Shown here: positions 47,515-56,533 of the stretch, piece by piece
Layout of the letters: each line of letters starts with the position of its first letter
Numbering within the stretch: position 1 is the first letter of the stretch
From: Burkholderiales bacterium
GTDB taxonomy: Bacteria > Pseudomonadota > Gammaproteobacteria > Burkholderiales > SG8-41
Direction: 5' to 3'
Length of the DNA stretch: 64,000 bases
Assembly: GCA_030684405.1 (NCBI GenBank)
Contig: JAUXYA010000034.1
Coordinates: 74,459 to 138,458 of the forward strand
Position numbers and translations under genes: made by a program
The notes under the pieces: generated by a model
Seen by the model: only the letters and a program-made list of their open reading frames with translations
Database searches by the model: none
What the model was told of the DNA's origin: nothing

Positions 47515-50500
47515 ATGGCCGGAAAGAAACTCACATTCGTCCTCCGCGCCGCGGCTGCCGTCGTGCTGCTGTGCGCACTCTTGGTGGTCTCGGTGCTCGG
47601 CTGGCTGTCCACGCCGCAGGCCCGCGACTGGGTTGCAGCGCGTATCGTCGCAGCGAATCCCGGGCGCATCGTACTGGAACAAGTGGGCGGCTCGCTGCTG
47701 GGCGAACTGCGCATCGGCCGCCTGCATATTGACGGCAACGATTTCACCCTCGAAGGCGAAAGCATCACACTCGACTGGAGACCCGCGCAGTTGCTCCTCG
47801 GCAGAGTGAGCCTGCGGCAGTTGCGCGCGCAGTCCCTGAGTTATTCCAGCCGCAGTACGGCACCGGCGGTTCTGCCAGAATCGCTGACCCTGCCGTTCGC
47901 ACTCGAGATCACCACACTGGAAATCGGGCGCCTGCAGTTGCAGGACCTGCCCGAGATCCGCGACTTGCGGCTGGCGTATGCCGGAGACGGCGCAGCCCAC
48001 CATGTCGATATGCCCGGCATCCGCATGGGCGATTGCAGTCTCGACGGCAAGACCTCCATCGCCGCGCACGCGCCCTTCGCCGTCGAAGGCAGCGTTGTGG
48101 CGAGTTGCGACGGCGGCAAATTGCTCGATGCCCGAACCCGCATCTCGGGATCGCTCGAAGCACTGCAGCTGGCACTCGAGGCCGACGGGCTCGGGGCCAA
48201 GGCGCAGGGCCTCATGCGGCTGTCGCCGTTTTCCCCGCAGCCCCTGCGCGAACTCGACCTGTCGGCGCAGGACATCGACCCGCGTCTCTGGCGCAAGGAC
48301 TTGCCGCATGCACGCCTCAGCCTGCGCGCGACAGCCGCGCCGCAAGGTGAGCACACGGCAGGCACACTGGATATCGACAACACTGCCGCGGGCAGCATAG
48401 ACAAGGGACGCATACCGGTCACCGGCGCAAAATTGCGCTGGTCGCTGTCCGGCGGACGCTATCTCGCCGAGAGCCTCACGCTCGCGCTGAGCGGCGGCGG
48501 ACGCGTCGATGGCAAAGGCCACTGGCAGCCGGGCACGGAAACGGGGCTCGCCGAATTGCGCCTGGCAGGAATTGACGCCCGGCGGATCGACGGCAGGCTC
48601 AAGCCCCTGCGGGTAAACGGACAGGTGTCCGTCCGCGGCAATCTTCAGGAGCAAGGGATGACGGCACGCCTTGAGGCCGCAGGCGCGCGGCTCGATGCCA
48701 GCGTTCGGCATGCCGACGGCCGCCTTGTGCTGGAGCAGGGCCTGCTGCGTGCCGGTCAGGGCGAAGCCCGGCTTTCCGGCCACCTCGAGTTCGACGGAGC
48801 GCAGGCCTATGCCTTGCGCGCGCAGCTGCGCCGCTTCGATCCTGCCGCCTTCGCTGCAGTTCCCCCGGCAAGATTCAGCGGCCTCGTCACGGCCGAAGGC
48901 TCGCTCGCACCCTCATGGCAGGCAAGCATCGTCGCCGACCTTTCCGACAGCAGCTTCCGCGGCCGGCCCTTTGCTGCTTCCGCGGATTTCACCGCCAGCG
49001 CGACGCGCTGGTTCGACGGCCGCGCGCGCGTCGTCGCCGGCCGTAACCGTCTCGAGCTCGACGGGCGCTACGGGCGGGCCCCGGATACCCTCAACGCCTC
49101 AGTTGTCGCGGACGATCTGAGCGGCCTCGATCCCGGCTGGGGCGGACGACTGCGCGGCAAGGGCACGCTGAGCGTCACCGCAGACGGTCCGCTGATCGAT
49201 GTCGAACTCGACGCCGTAGGCCTGTCCATACCCGCGCTGCGTGTCGCCGAGGCGGGACTTCGCGGCAGTCTCGCCCCCGGAGCCGACGGGCTGCTGCGCA
49301 TGAATCTCGATGCGCGAAAGCTGCAATGGTCCGGGCGAACCCTGGAACGCCTGCAACTTTCCGCAAACGGAACGCGTGCGCGCCACAACATAGAAGGCCA
49401 TGCGAACGGCAAGGACCTGTCGCTTGCACTCGCCGCGAATGGGGGACTGGACCCATCCTCGATCTGGCGCGGCACGCTGATCCGGCTCGACAACGGCGCA
49501 CCATGGACGCTGCGCCTGACCGCGCCAGCCGCGATTACCGCGGGTCCTGCACAGTTTTCCGTCGACGGGTTGCGCGCAGCCTTTCTCGGCGGCAGCGTCG
49601 GGCCGCTGTCGCTGCGATGGACGCCGGAGGCATTGCGCAGCGAAGGTACTTTCCAGGGCATCGCGATCGCGCCACTGCTGCCACGCGATACGGTCATCGA
49701 GTCTCAGTCGCTGCGCATCGGTGGCACATGGTCAATCGACGCCACGGAAACATTGGATGGCCGCCTGACCCTGCGCCGCGAAGCCGGAGACCTCGCGATC
49801 TCCGGCACCAGCCCCATCGTCCTTGCCCTGCGCGGAGCCTCCGTGGACGTCCGCGCAAGGGGCAGCGAGATCGACGCCGTCGCCGAAGTCGACAGCGCAA
49901 TCATGGGCACAGCAAGACTCCAGGCGCAAAGCCGACTCCTGCTCCGCGCCGGCCAGTGGGTGATCCCGGGTGACTCCCCGCTAACCGGCAAACTCTCGAT
50001 CGCCCTGCGTTCTCTGACCTGGACCCGTGCACTGGTGCCCGGATTCGACCGCATCGACGGCGCACTGACGGCGGAAATTGAAGCATCCGGCAGCATTGCC
50101 GCGCCGCGCCTCACGGGAAACCTCGCTGGCGAACGCATCGCGCTGCGCGCCATTGGGGCCGGCATCGACCTGCGTGACGGCCGCTTGCGCGCGAGCCTCG
50201 ACGGCAGGCGCCTGCTGCTCCAGGAATTTGAAATTCGCGCCGGCCAGGGCCGCATCACTGCCTCCGGAAACGCCGAACTCGACAGCGGCCTGCAGCAGAT
50301 GGAGCTGCAAGTACGCGCCGAGCGCGCGCGCATACTCTTCACGCCACAGTGGAGCGCGACGGTCAGTGGCGGCGGCAAACTCGGCCTGCGCGACCAACGC
50401 ATTGCCATCGAAGGACAGCTGACCCTCGACGAGGGCCGTTACGACCTCGGTAACCGGATGCGTCCGACACTTGGAGACGACGTAGTGGTGCGCGCGCCGG

Positions 50501-51237
50501 CCGGCACATCCACCGGATCCACCTCCGCGTTGCCGATGCACCTCGACGTCAGTGTCGATCTCAACGACCGTATGGTGCTGCGCGGCAACGGCCTTGACGC
50601 ACTGCTCGGCGGCACCGTACGTGTGCGCAGCCAGGCCGCGGGACTCACCGCCACCGGCGCCGTGCGTACCGTGCGCGGAACCTATCAGGCCTACAACCAG
50701 AACCTGGCGATCGAACGCGGCACAGTCACCTTCGGGGGACTGTTGACCAACCCTGCGCTGGATTTGCGCGCAATGCGCAAATTCGCCACGGCCGAAGTCG
50801 GTGTCGAAATCGGCGGTTCCCTGCAGCGCCCGCAGGTCAGGCTGGTCTCGACGCCGGACATGTCGGATTCCGACCGTCTCGGCTGGCTCGTGCTGGGCCG
50901 CGACCCCCAGAATTCCGACGGTGCCCAGCTGGCCTTGCTCCAGGCCGCAGCACTCAGTCTCGTCGGAGGCAGTGGAAAACCGCTGACCGGCCAGATCGCC
51001 GAGGGCACCGGCCTCGACGAACTCGGGTTCGCCGGCGGCGAAGGCGAGGCGCTGGGCGTGGTCACCCTCGGCAAGCGCCTGACCGACCGCCTGAGCATAC
51101 GGCTCGAACAAACGCTGGGCGGCACTGCCGGCAGCTTGCTGCGCGTGGATTTCCTGCTGTCGGAACGCTGGAGGCTGCGTGGCACAGCGGGCGCTGAAAA
51201 TGCCGGCGACATCCTGTTCACCTGGCGCTTCGACTGA
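47515..51237 (+). CDS. tamB: Translocation and assembly module TamB
   Basis: N-terminal anchor, Gly-rich beta repeats, DUF490-like C-terminus (IERG..F.G..NP.LD..A, LGKRLTDRL). Confidence 0.88.
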   Translation: MAGKKLTFVLRAAAAVVLLCALLVVSVLGWLSTPQARDWVAARIVAANPGRIVLEQVGGSLLGELRIGRLHIDGNDFTLEGESITLDWRPAQLLLGRVSLRQLRAQSLSYSSRSTAPAVLPESLTLPFALEITTLEIGRLQLQDLPEIRDLRLAYAGDGAAHHVDMPGIRMGDCSLDGKTSIAAHAPFAVEGSVVASCDGGKLLDARTRISGSLEALQLALEADGLGAKAQGLMRLSPFSPQPLRELDLSAQDIDPRLWRKDLPHARLSLRATAAPQGEHTAGTLDIDNTAAGSIDKGRIPVTGAKLRWSLSGGRYLAESLTLALSGGGRVDGKGHWQPGTETGLAELRLAGIDARRIDGRLKPLRVNGQVSVRGNLQEQGMTARLEAAGARLDASVRHADGRLVLEQGLLRAGQGEARLSGHLEFDGAQAYALRAQLRRFDPAAFAAVPPARFSGLVTAEGSLAPSWQASIVADLSDSSFRGRPFAASADFTASATRWFDGRARVVAGRNRLELDGRYGRAPDTLNASVVADDLSGLDPGWGGRLRGKGTLSVTADGPLIDVELDAVGLSIPALRVAEAGLRGSLAPGADGLLRMNLDARKLQWSGRTLERLQLSANGTRARHNIEGHANGKDLSLALAANGGLDPSSIWRGTLIRLDNGAPWTLRLTAPAAITAGPAQFSVDGLRAAFLGGSVGPLSLRWTPEALRSEGTFQGIAIAPLLPRDTVIESQSLRIGGTWSIDATETLDGRLTLRREAGDLAISGTSPIVLALRGASVDVRARGSEIDAVAEVDSAIMGTARLQAQSRLLLRAGQWVIPGDSPLTGKLSIALRSLTWTRALVPGFDRIDGALTAEIEASGSIAAPRLTGNLAGERIALRAIGAGIDLRDGRLRASLDGRRLLLQEFEIRAGQGRITASGNAELDSGLQQMELQVRAERARILFTPQWSATVSGGGKLGLRDQRIAIEGQLTLDEGRYDLGNRMRPTLGDDVVVRAPAGTSTGSTSALPMHLDVSVDLNDRMVLRGNGLDALLGGTVRVRSQAAGLTATGAVRTVRGTYQAYNQNLAIERGTVTFGGLLTNPALDLRAMRKFATAEVGVEIGGSLQRPQVRLVSTPDMSDSDRLGWLVLGRDPQNSDGAQLALLQAAALSLVGGSGKPLTGQIAEGTGLDELGFAGGEGEALGVVTLGKRLTDRLSIRLEQTLGGTAGSLLRVDFLLSERWRLRGTAGAENAGDILFTWRFD

Positions 51238-51331
51238 GAAACTGGCGTTGGAACCTTGCCCTCTCATCCGATATACAAGGCCCTGCAAGTTACTTAGAAT
51301 GGGCCACCACAAAAACCAATCGGAGGAGATC

Positions 51332-52312
51332 ATGGTGGAAAAGAACCGGAAACTGCTGGCTCTGGGTGCAATCGCAGCTGCTGGCGTACTCATTGCGGGC
51401 ACCGTCTCGGCACAAAACTGGCCGACCCGTGCCGTTCGCATCATCAACCCCTTCCCCGCCGGCGGCGGCACCGACGCCTTTGCGCGTCCGCTTGCGGCGG
51501 TGATGCCCAAGGATCTTGGACAGCAAATCCTGATCGAGAACCTCGGCGGCGCCGGCGGCACGCTCGGTGCCGGAACGGCTTCCCGCGCCAATCCCGACGG
51601 CTACACCTGGTTCATGGGCGCGGTGCATCACACCATCGCCGAAACGCTGTACCGCAAGCTGAGCTACAGCCTGACCAGGGATTTCGTGCCGGTGACACTG
51701 GTCGCCTCGGTGCCCAGCGCAGTGGTTGTCCATCCCTCGGTACCGGCCAAGACCATCAAGGAACTGATCGCGCTCGACAAACGCTCGCCCGGTGCCATCA
51801 ACTACGGCTCGGCCGGCTACGGCACGACCCACCACATGAACGGCGAATTGTTCAACCTGATCACCGGCACCAAGCTGACCCACGTCCCCTACAAGGGCGC
51901 TGGTCCGCTGACGCCGGCGCTGATGTCGGGCGAGGTGGCGATGGCCTTCGACGGCATGGGCACCGCGGGGCCCAACGTCAAGTCGGGCAGGCTGCGCGCG
52001 CTGGCGGTCACCACCGCGACACGCTCGGAACTGCTACCCGAAGTGCCGACACTGCAGGAATCCGGCGTCAACATCAACGTCACCACTTGGTACGCGCTGT
52101 GGGGCATCAAGGGCACGCCGCAGCCGATCGTTGATCGCATGCACCAGTCGATAACCAAGGCGATGCAGCTGCCGGAAATCAAGAAGGTGTGGGCATCCCT
52201 GGGCGCTACCGCCGGCGGCCAGCCGCCGGCCGAGTTCGGCAAATTCGTGCAACAGGAAATCGACACCTGGGGCAAGGTCGTGAAAGCGTCAGGTGCCAAA
52301 GTCGAGAACTGA
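51332..52312 (+). CDS. Bug/TctC tripartite tricarboxylate transporter receptor
   Basis: WPTRAVRIINPFPAGGGTD, ENLGGAGG, PDGYT, HVPYKG; GGAG RBS. Confidence 0.92.
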   Translation: MVEKNRKLLALGAIAAAGVLIAGTVSAQNWPTRAVRIINPFPAGGGTDAFARPLAAVMPKDLGQQILIENLGGAGGTLGAGTASRANPDGYTWFMGAVHHTIAETLYRKLSYSLTRDFVPVTLVASVPSAVVVHPSVPAKTIKELIALDKRSPGAINYGSAGYGTTHHMNGELFNLITGTKLTHVPYKGAGPLTPALMSGEVAMAFDGMGTAGPNVKSGRLRALAVTTATRSELLPEVPTLQESGVNINVTTWYALWGIKGTPQPIVDRMHQSITKAMQLPEIKKVWASLGATAGGQPPAEFGKFVQQEIDTWGKVVKASGAKVEN

Positions 52313-53621
52313 CACCACCGCAGTGTCAGGGGCGGGGTTGCTGACCCGCCTCTGGCGCGGCCTCGCCCGCCACGGCCGCACCCTCAATGAAAAGCGGGGG
52401 CAGCAGTGGCTGGCGCAGGCTGTTGAAACCCTGAGGTCCGAGTTGGGTGAATCCTCAGGGGTATCGCTGGCCCGCCGCATCACCGAACGTTATGCGGCGC
52501 TGCCACCGGAAGGCCGGCTCGATTTCCTGCAAATGCTGGCCGTGCGCTTTTCCACCGACACCCCGGAACTCGACGCTGCGATCCGCCATTACGCGGCGCA
52601 TCCCGGCCCGGCTGCGGCACAGCTGCTGCACGAAGCAGCCGAATCGCGGCGCCAGGAAGTCCTGCGCCGGCTCAATTTTGCGCCCAGCGGTACGGCAGCC
52701 CTGCTGCACATGCGCGAGGACGTGCTGGAAATGCTGCCGCAGCACCCCGAACTCGGCGAAGTCGATGCCGATTTCGAGCATCTGTTTCGGTCCTGGTTCA
52801 ACCGCGGCTTCCTGCAGTTGAAGCGTATCGACTGGCACACGCCAGCAGTCGTGCTGGAGAAAATCATCCGCTATGAGGCGGTGCACGAGATCTCGGGCTG
52901 GAGCGACCTGCGCCGCCGCCTTGATCCGCCGGACCGCAAGTGCTTCGCGTTCTTCCACCCGACGCTCGCTGACGATCCGCTGATTTTCGTTGAAGTCGCG
53001 CTGACCGAGGACATCCCGGACGCCATCGCCCCGCTGCTTGCCGACGGCCGCCCGCCGATCGACGTGCGCGCAGCGCGCACCGCCGTTTTTTATTCGATCT
53101 CGAACTGCCAGAAGGGTCTGCGCGGCGTCTCCTTCGGCAATTTCCTGATCAAGCAGGTTGCCGATGAACTGAAGCGCGATTTTCCACAGCTGCGCAACTT
53201 CGTTACGCTGTCACCGGTGCCTGGCTTCGTGTCCTGGCTTAAACGCGCACATCCGGAAGCACCGGAACTGCAGGCCATCGCCCAGCCCGGCTGGCATACC
53301 GACGCTGCCCTCGCGGAACACCTGCGTCCGCGCCTGCAAGCCCTGCTGACCTCTTACCTGTTCGATGCCAAAACTGACCTCGATCGCCCGGCCGACCCGG
53401 TTGCGCGCTTCCACCTCGGCAACGGCGCCTGTATCGAGCATGTGCGCTGGCTCGGCGACGTTTCCGAAAAAGGCCTGCGCAACGCCGCCGGCTTCATGGT
53501 GAACTACCTCTACGACCTCGACAATATCGAGGCCAACCACGAAGCCCACTTCAAGCACGGCACCATCTTTGCCTCACGCCAGGTTCGCGCCTTGCGTGAA
53601 CCGGCACAACGCTCCGACTAG
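52293..53621 (+). CDS. Malonyl-CoA decarboxylase
   Basis: WFNRGFL, LEKIIRYEAVH, FYSISNCQKGL.GVSFGNFLIK, TLSPVPGF, VARFHLGNGA; start uncertain. Confidence 0.92.
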   Translation: MPKSRTDTTAVSGAGLLTRLWRGLARHGRTLNEKRGQQWLAQAVETLRSELGESSGVSLARRITERYAALPPEGRLDFLQMLAVRFSTDTPELDAAIRHYAAHPGPAAAQLLHEAAESRRQEVLRRLNFAPSGTAALLHMREDVLEMLPQHPELGEVDADFEHLFRSWFNRGFLQLKRIDWHTPAVVLEKIIRYEAVHEISGWSDLRRRLDPPDRKCFAFFHPTLADDPLIFVEVALTEDIPDAIAPLLADGRPPIDVRAARTAVFYSISNCQKGLRGVSFGNFLIKQVADELKRDFPQLRNFVTLSPVPGFVSWLKRAHPEAPELQAIAQPGWHTDAALAEHLRPRLQALLTSYLFDAKTDLDRPADPVARFHLGNGACIEHVRWLGDVSEKGLRNAAGFMVNYLYDLDNIEANHEAHFKHGTIFASRQVRALREPAQRSD

Positions 53622-54745
53622 GCTGCCAGCGACTGCGCCGCAATACGACGCACATCCATCACGTCACGCAGGCGGTTGTAGAGATGGAAGCCGAATTGCA
53701 ACTGTCCGCCGCGCACCGTAAAGCGGACTCGCCCCGAGGCAAGCTGTTCGCCAAACTTCAGCAGGCCGTGATCAAGCAGCGCACTGTCGATCTCCCCTGC
53801 CGCCTCGCCGACGGCCGCCACATGGCTTAACTGCCCGCCGATGCCGGGCCGCTCGACCGGCATGCCGAGTTCCTCCAGCGCCGTACGCAGCCGCTCCGCA
53901 AGTCCCAGCGCATGGCGCTCCACTTCCGCCACGCTACAGCCGTCGATCACCCGCAGCGCCTCCTGGGCCACGGCGAGGCTCAGCAGGTGCGGCATTTCCG
54001 GACGACGGTCGCGTGGCCTGCGCCGCCGCAGGAAGGGATCGGCCGCGCCGCCCCATGTTTCGTCGACAAACAAAAAGGCGGAGCCGTGCACACCCAGCGC
54101 ATTGCCGTCCGCGGCGACGATCAGGCCATTGATGCCCTCACGCAGTACATCGATGCCGAGTATGCCCACGCTGGCTGAACCGTCGACGAGGAAGAAGACA
54201 TTCCGCGCGCGACACAGGCTGCCGATGTCAGCAAGCGGCAGGCGCCAGCCGCGCGCGTGCGACACCGCCGGCAACGCCACCAACGCGGTGCCGCCATCGA
54301 CCAGCACCTTCAGGTGCGCCACGGCAAAACCATCCGCATCAATCGCGACCTCGCGCAGTTCGAGGCTGTGACGCCGTGCCTGCTCACGCCAGTACGCGGC
54401 GAAGGACGGACGGCTCAGTGCCGTACAGAGCACAAGGTTGCTGCAATGCCGCAGGTCGAGCCGGGCCGCGACTGCGTCCAGTGCCCCTGCAGACGAAGAA
54501 AACAGCTGGATATCCGTCGCCGTGGCACGGATGAGCCTTGCAAAAAACTCGCGACAGGACTGCAGCATCGACAGCGCGTGGTTTTCACCGAAACTGGCGA
54601 GCAGCTGCGCCTCCAGCACGCCACTCACCCGTTCGCGCGCCGTCTCCGGCAGCAAGCCGGAAGATGCAGCATCAACATAGATCCAGCGGCTGGTTGCCGG
54701 GAACAGGTCACTCAGCGGACGGATCAGCAGGCTATCGTCGGACAT
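53618..54745 (-). CDS. Divergent class V aminotransferase/cysteine desulfurase-like fold protein, apparently lacking the PLP lysine
   Basis: FP....IYVDAA.SG, RE.FARLI, FFLVDG..SVG, terminal HLYN; the expected K(W/F)L.GP.G motif reads GNALGVHG. Confidence 0.65.
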   Translation of the reverse strand: MSDDSLLIRPLSDLFPATSRWIYVDAASSGLLPETARERVSGVLEAQLLASFGENHALSMLQSCREFFARLIRATATDIQLFSSSAGALDAVAARLDLRHCSNLVLCTALSRPSFAAYWREQARRHSLELREVAIDADGFAVAHLKVLVDGGTALVALPAVSHARGWRLPLADIGSLCRARNVFFLVDGSASVGILGIDVLREGINGLIVAADGNALGVHGSAFLFVDETWGGAADPFLRRRRPRDRRPEMPHLLSLAVAQEALRVIDGCSVAEVERHALGLAERLRTALEELGMPVERPGIGGQLSHVAAVGEAAGEIDSALLDHGLLKFGEQLASGRVRFTVRGGQLQFGFHLYNRLRDVMDVRRIAAQSLAA

Positions 54746-54901
54746 CGGGCAGACATGGCGTTTTCGTTTTGATTTTGCTTCGCCCCAGCCCTTAGGGCCG
54801 GGACTGCATCCCCGATACTGCCCAATGCCGCAGCCGACAACAATTCCCGAGATGCAAACGTGGGGTTGCCGAAATTGGAACGATTACGGCAAATCAGCGT
54901 T

Positions 54902-54918
54902 TCCCTTTTGCCAAGGGA
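54902..54918. promoter_or_regulatory. Possible LysR-type operator in the divergent intergenic region
   Basis: Inverted repeat TCCCTT-N5-AAGGGA upstream of the LysR gene. Confidence 0.25.
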
Positions 54919-54989
54919 CAAACTATATTGAGTTGGAACAATCGCCGGAACGCCCGGAAAACAATAACCAACAAGCGATCGTTGCCAAA

Positions 54990-55931
54990 ATGGGAAAACC
55001 TGCATTTCCTGCACTGCAAGGTTTGGATGTCCGCACGCTGCGGCTGTTCGAGGCCGTGGTCAAAACCGGCAATCTGACTCAGGCCGCGCGCGCCAGCCAT
55101 CTCGCCGTCGGCGCCGCCAGTCGCCGGATCAGCAATTTCGAAACCCTCATCGGCACGCCGCTGCTGGAACGTTATGCCCGGGGTGTACGCCCGACCGTGA
55201 TGGGCCTCAAGGTTGCAGAGTCCGTGCGCAACATCCTCGATGAGGTAAACGGGCTGAGCAGCATTTCGCAGAACCTGCGCCAGGGCCTGACCCAGCATGT
55301 TCACCTGCTTGGCAACGGTGTGGCCATCACCGAATACCTGCCCAACGTCATCCGCAGTTTCCGCGAAAAGCACCCGGACGTATTGGTGGAAGTCGAGGAA
55401 TCACGGTCCTGGGATACCGCCAGGGCGCTGCGGCAGGAACAGGCGCGGATCGGCATCGCAGCCATCGTCCAGCCGCACGGCATCGGCCTGCACCACTTCG
55501 AGTACGTGACCGAGCCGTTGGTGCTGGTCGCGCACAAGTCCCATCCGCTGGGGCGCCGCCAGCGCGTGCGTTTCGCCGAAACCTTCGACTACGAGTACAT
55601 CGGACTGCAACTGGAGAGCATCATTTATGGGCCGTTGCAAGAGGAAGCACGGCAGGCCGGCAAAGTCATCCGCATCCTTGCCCAGGTCGGCGGCCTCTAC
55701 CACGCCTGCCGCATGGTATCGGCAGGGATCGGTCTCGCCGTGGTGCCGGAAAGTCTCGCACTGTCGTTGAAAGGCTGCTTCGACCTGTCGATGATCCGCC
55801 TGGACTCCCAGCGCTACGTGTTTCGCGAATACGTGCTGCATACCGATGAAGGGCGGATGAGCGAAGCCGAGCGTGCGCTGCTGCAGCATCTGCGCGACAG
55901 CGACCCCCTGCCTCACCTTGCGAAGCGCTGA
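54990..55931 (+). CDS. LysR-family transcriptional regulator
   Basis: LDVRTLRLF..VV..GNLTQAA...HL...AASRRI..FE...G.PLLER..RGVRPT. Confidence 0.93.
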   Translation: MGKPAFPALQGLDVRTLRLFEAVVKTGNLTQAARASHLAVGAASRRISNFETLIGTPLLERYARGVRPTVMGLKVAESVRNILDEVNGLSSISQNLRQGLTQHVHLLGNGVAITEYLPNVIRSFREKHPDVLVEVEESRSWDTARALRQEQARIGIAAIVQPHGIGLHHFEYVTEPLVLVAHKSHPLGRRQRVRFAETFDYEYIGLQLESIIYGPLQEEARQAGKVIRILAQVGGLYHACRMVSAGIGLAVVPESLALSLKGCFDLSMIRLDSQRYVFREYVLHTDEGRMSEAERALLQHLRDSDPLPHLAKR

Positions 55932-55954
55932 ACAACCGCGGCCCCGTCCGCCAG

Positions 55955-56533
55955 TCAGCGTTTCTTGCCGAGCAGCGTGCCACGACAGTTGCGTGCGCCG
56001 CAGTGGCAGGGATGCTCGCGCTTCAGCTTCGGGGTGTGCCTTTCCTCGAGCACCAGGTTGTAGTCGTACGACAGTTCCGCGCCGAGCGGGATGCGGCGGA
56101 TCGCATCGATGAACACACGGCCATCTTCCTCGTTCGCCTCGCAGTTGGGCGCGCAGGAGTGATTGATCCAGCGCGCAGGACCGCCGCGCTTGGTCGCGTC
56201 GATGACGATCTTGTCCGTCGCCGCAAACAGCATGGTGTGCGAATTGCCATCATGCAGCTCACCATAGAGGCGATCGGCCGCAGCATGCGAAATGCGGTCA
56301 CCGGTGTACTCGATGATGCGCGCGCCCTTCGGAATATCCGTCACCGCGAACACCCCGCGGCCATGAATAGGCGAGCGACGCACTGCGACACGCGGCTTCG
56401 CAGGCTTGCCTGCCTTAACCGACTTCGCAGCCGCTTTCTTGCCTGGCTTATTGCGCGAGCTTAATTGTAACTCTTTGTTTTTAAACGATTTTTTAGATTT
56501 CTTGCGGGTGCTGCCAGTCTTCTTTTGGGTCAT
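55955..56533 (-). CDS. SET-domain protein-lysine methyltransferase with post-SET Cys motif and Lys-rich N-terminus
   Basis: SPIHGRGVFA, IIEYTG, RWINHSCAPN, ELSYDY, CHCGARNCRG. Confidence 0.93.
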   Translation of the reverse strand: MTQKKTGSTRKKSKKSFKNKELQLSSRNKPGKKAAAKSVKAGKPAKPRVAVRRSPIHGRGVFAVTDIPKGARIIEYTGDRISHAAADRLYGELHDGNSHTMLFAATDKIVIDATKRGGPARWINHSCAPNCEANEEDGRVFIDAIRRIPLGAELSYDYNLVLEERHTPKLKREHPCHCGARNCRGTLLGKKR

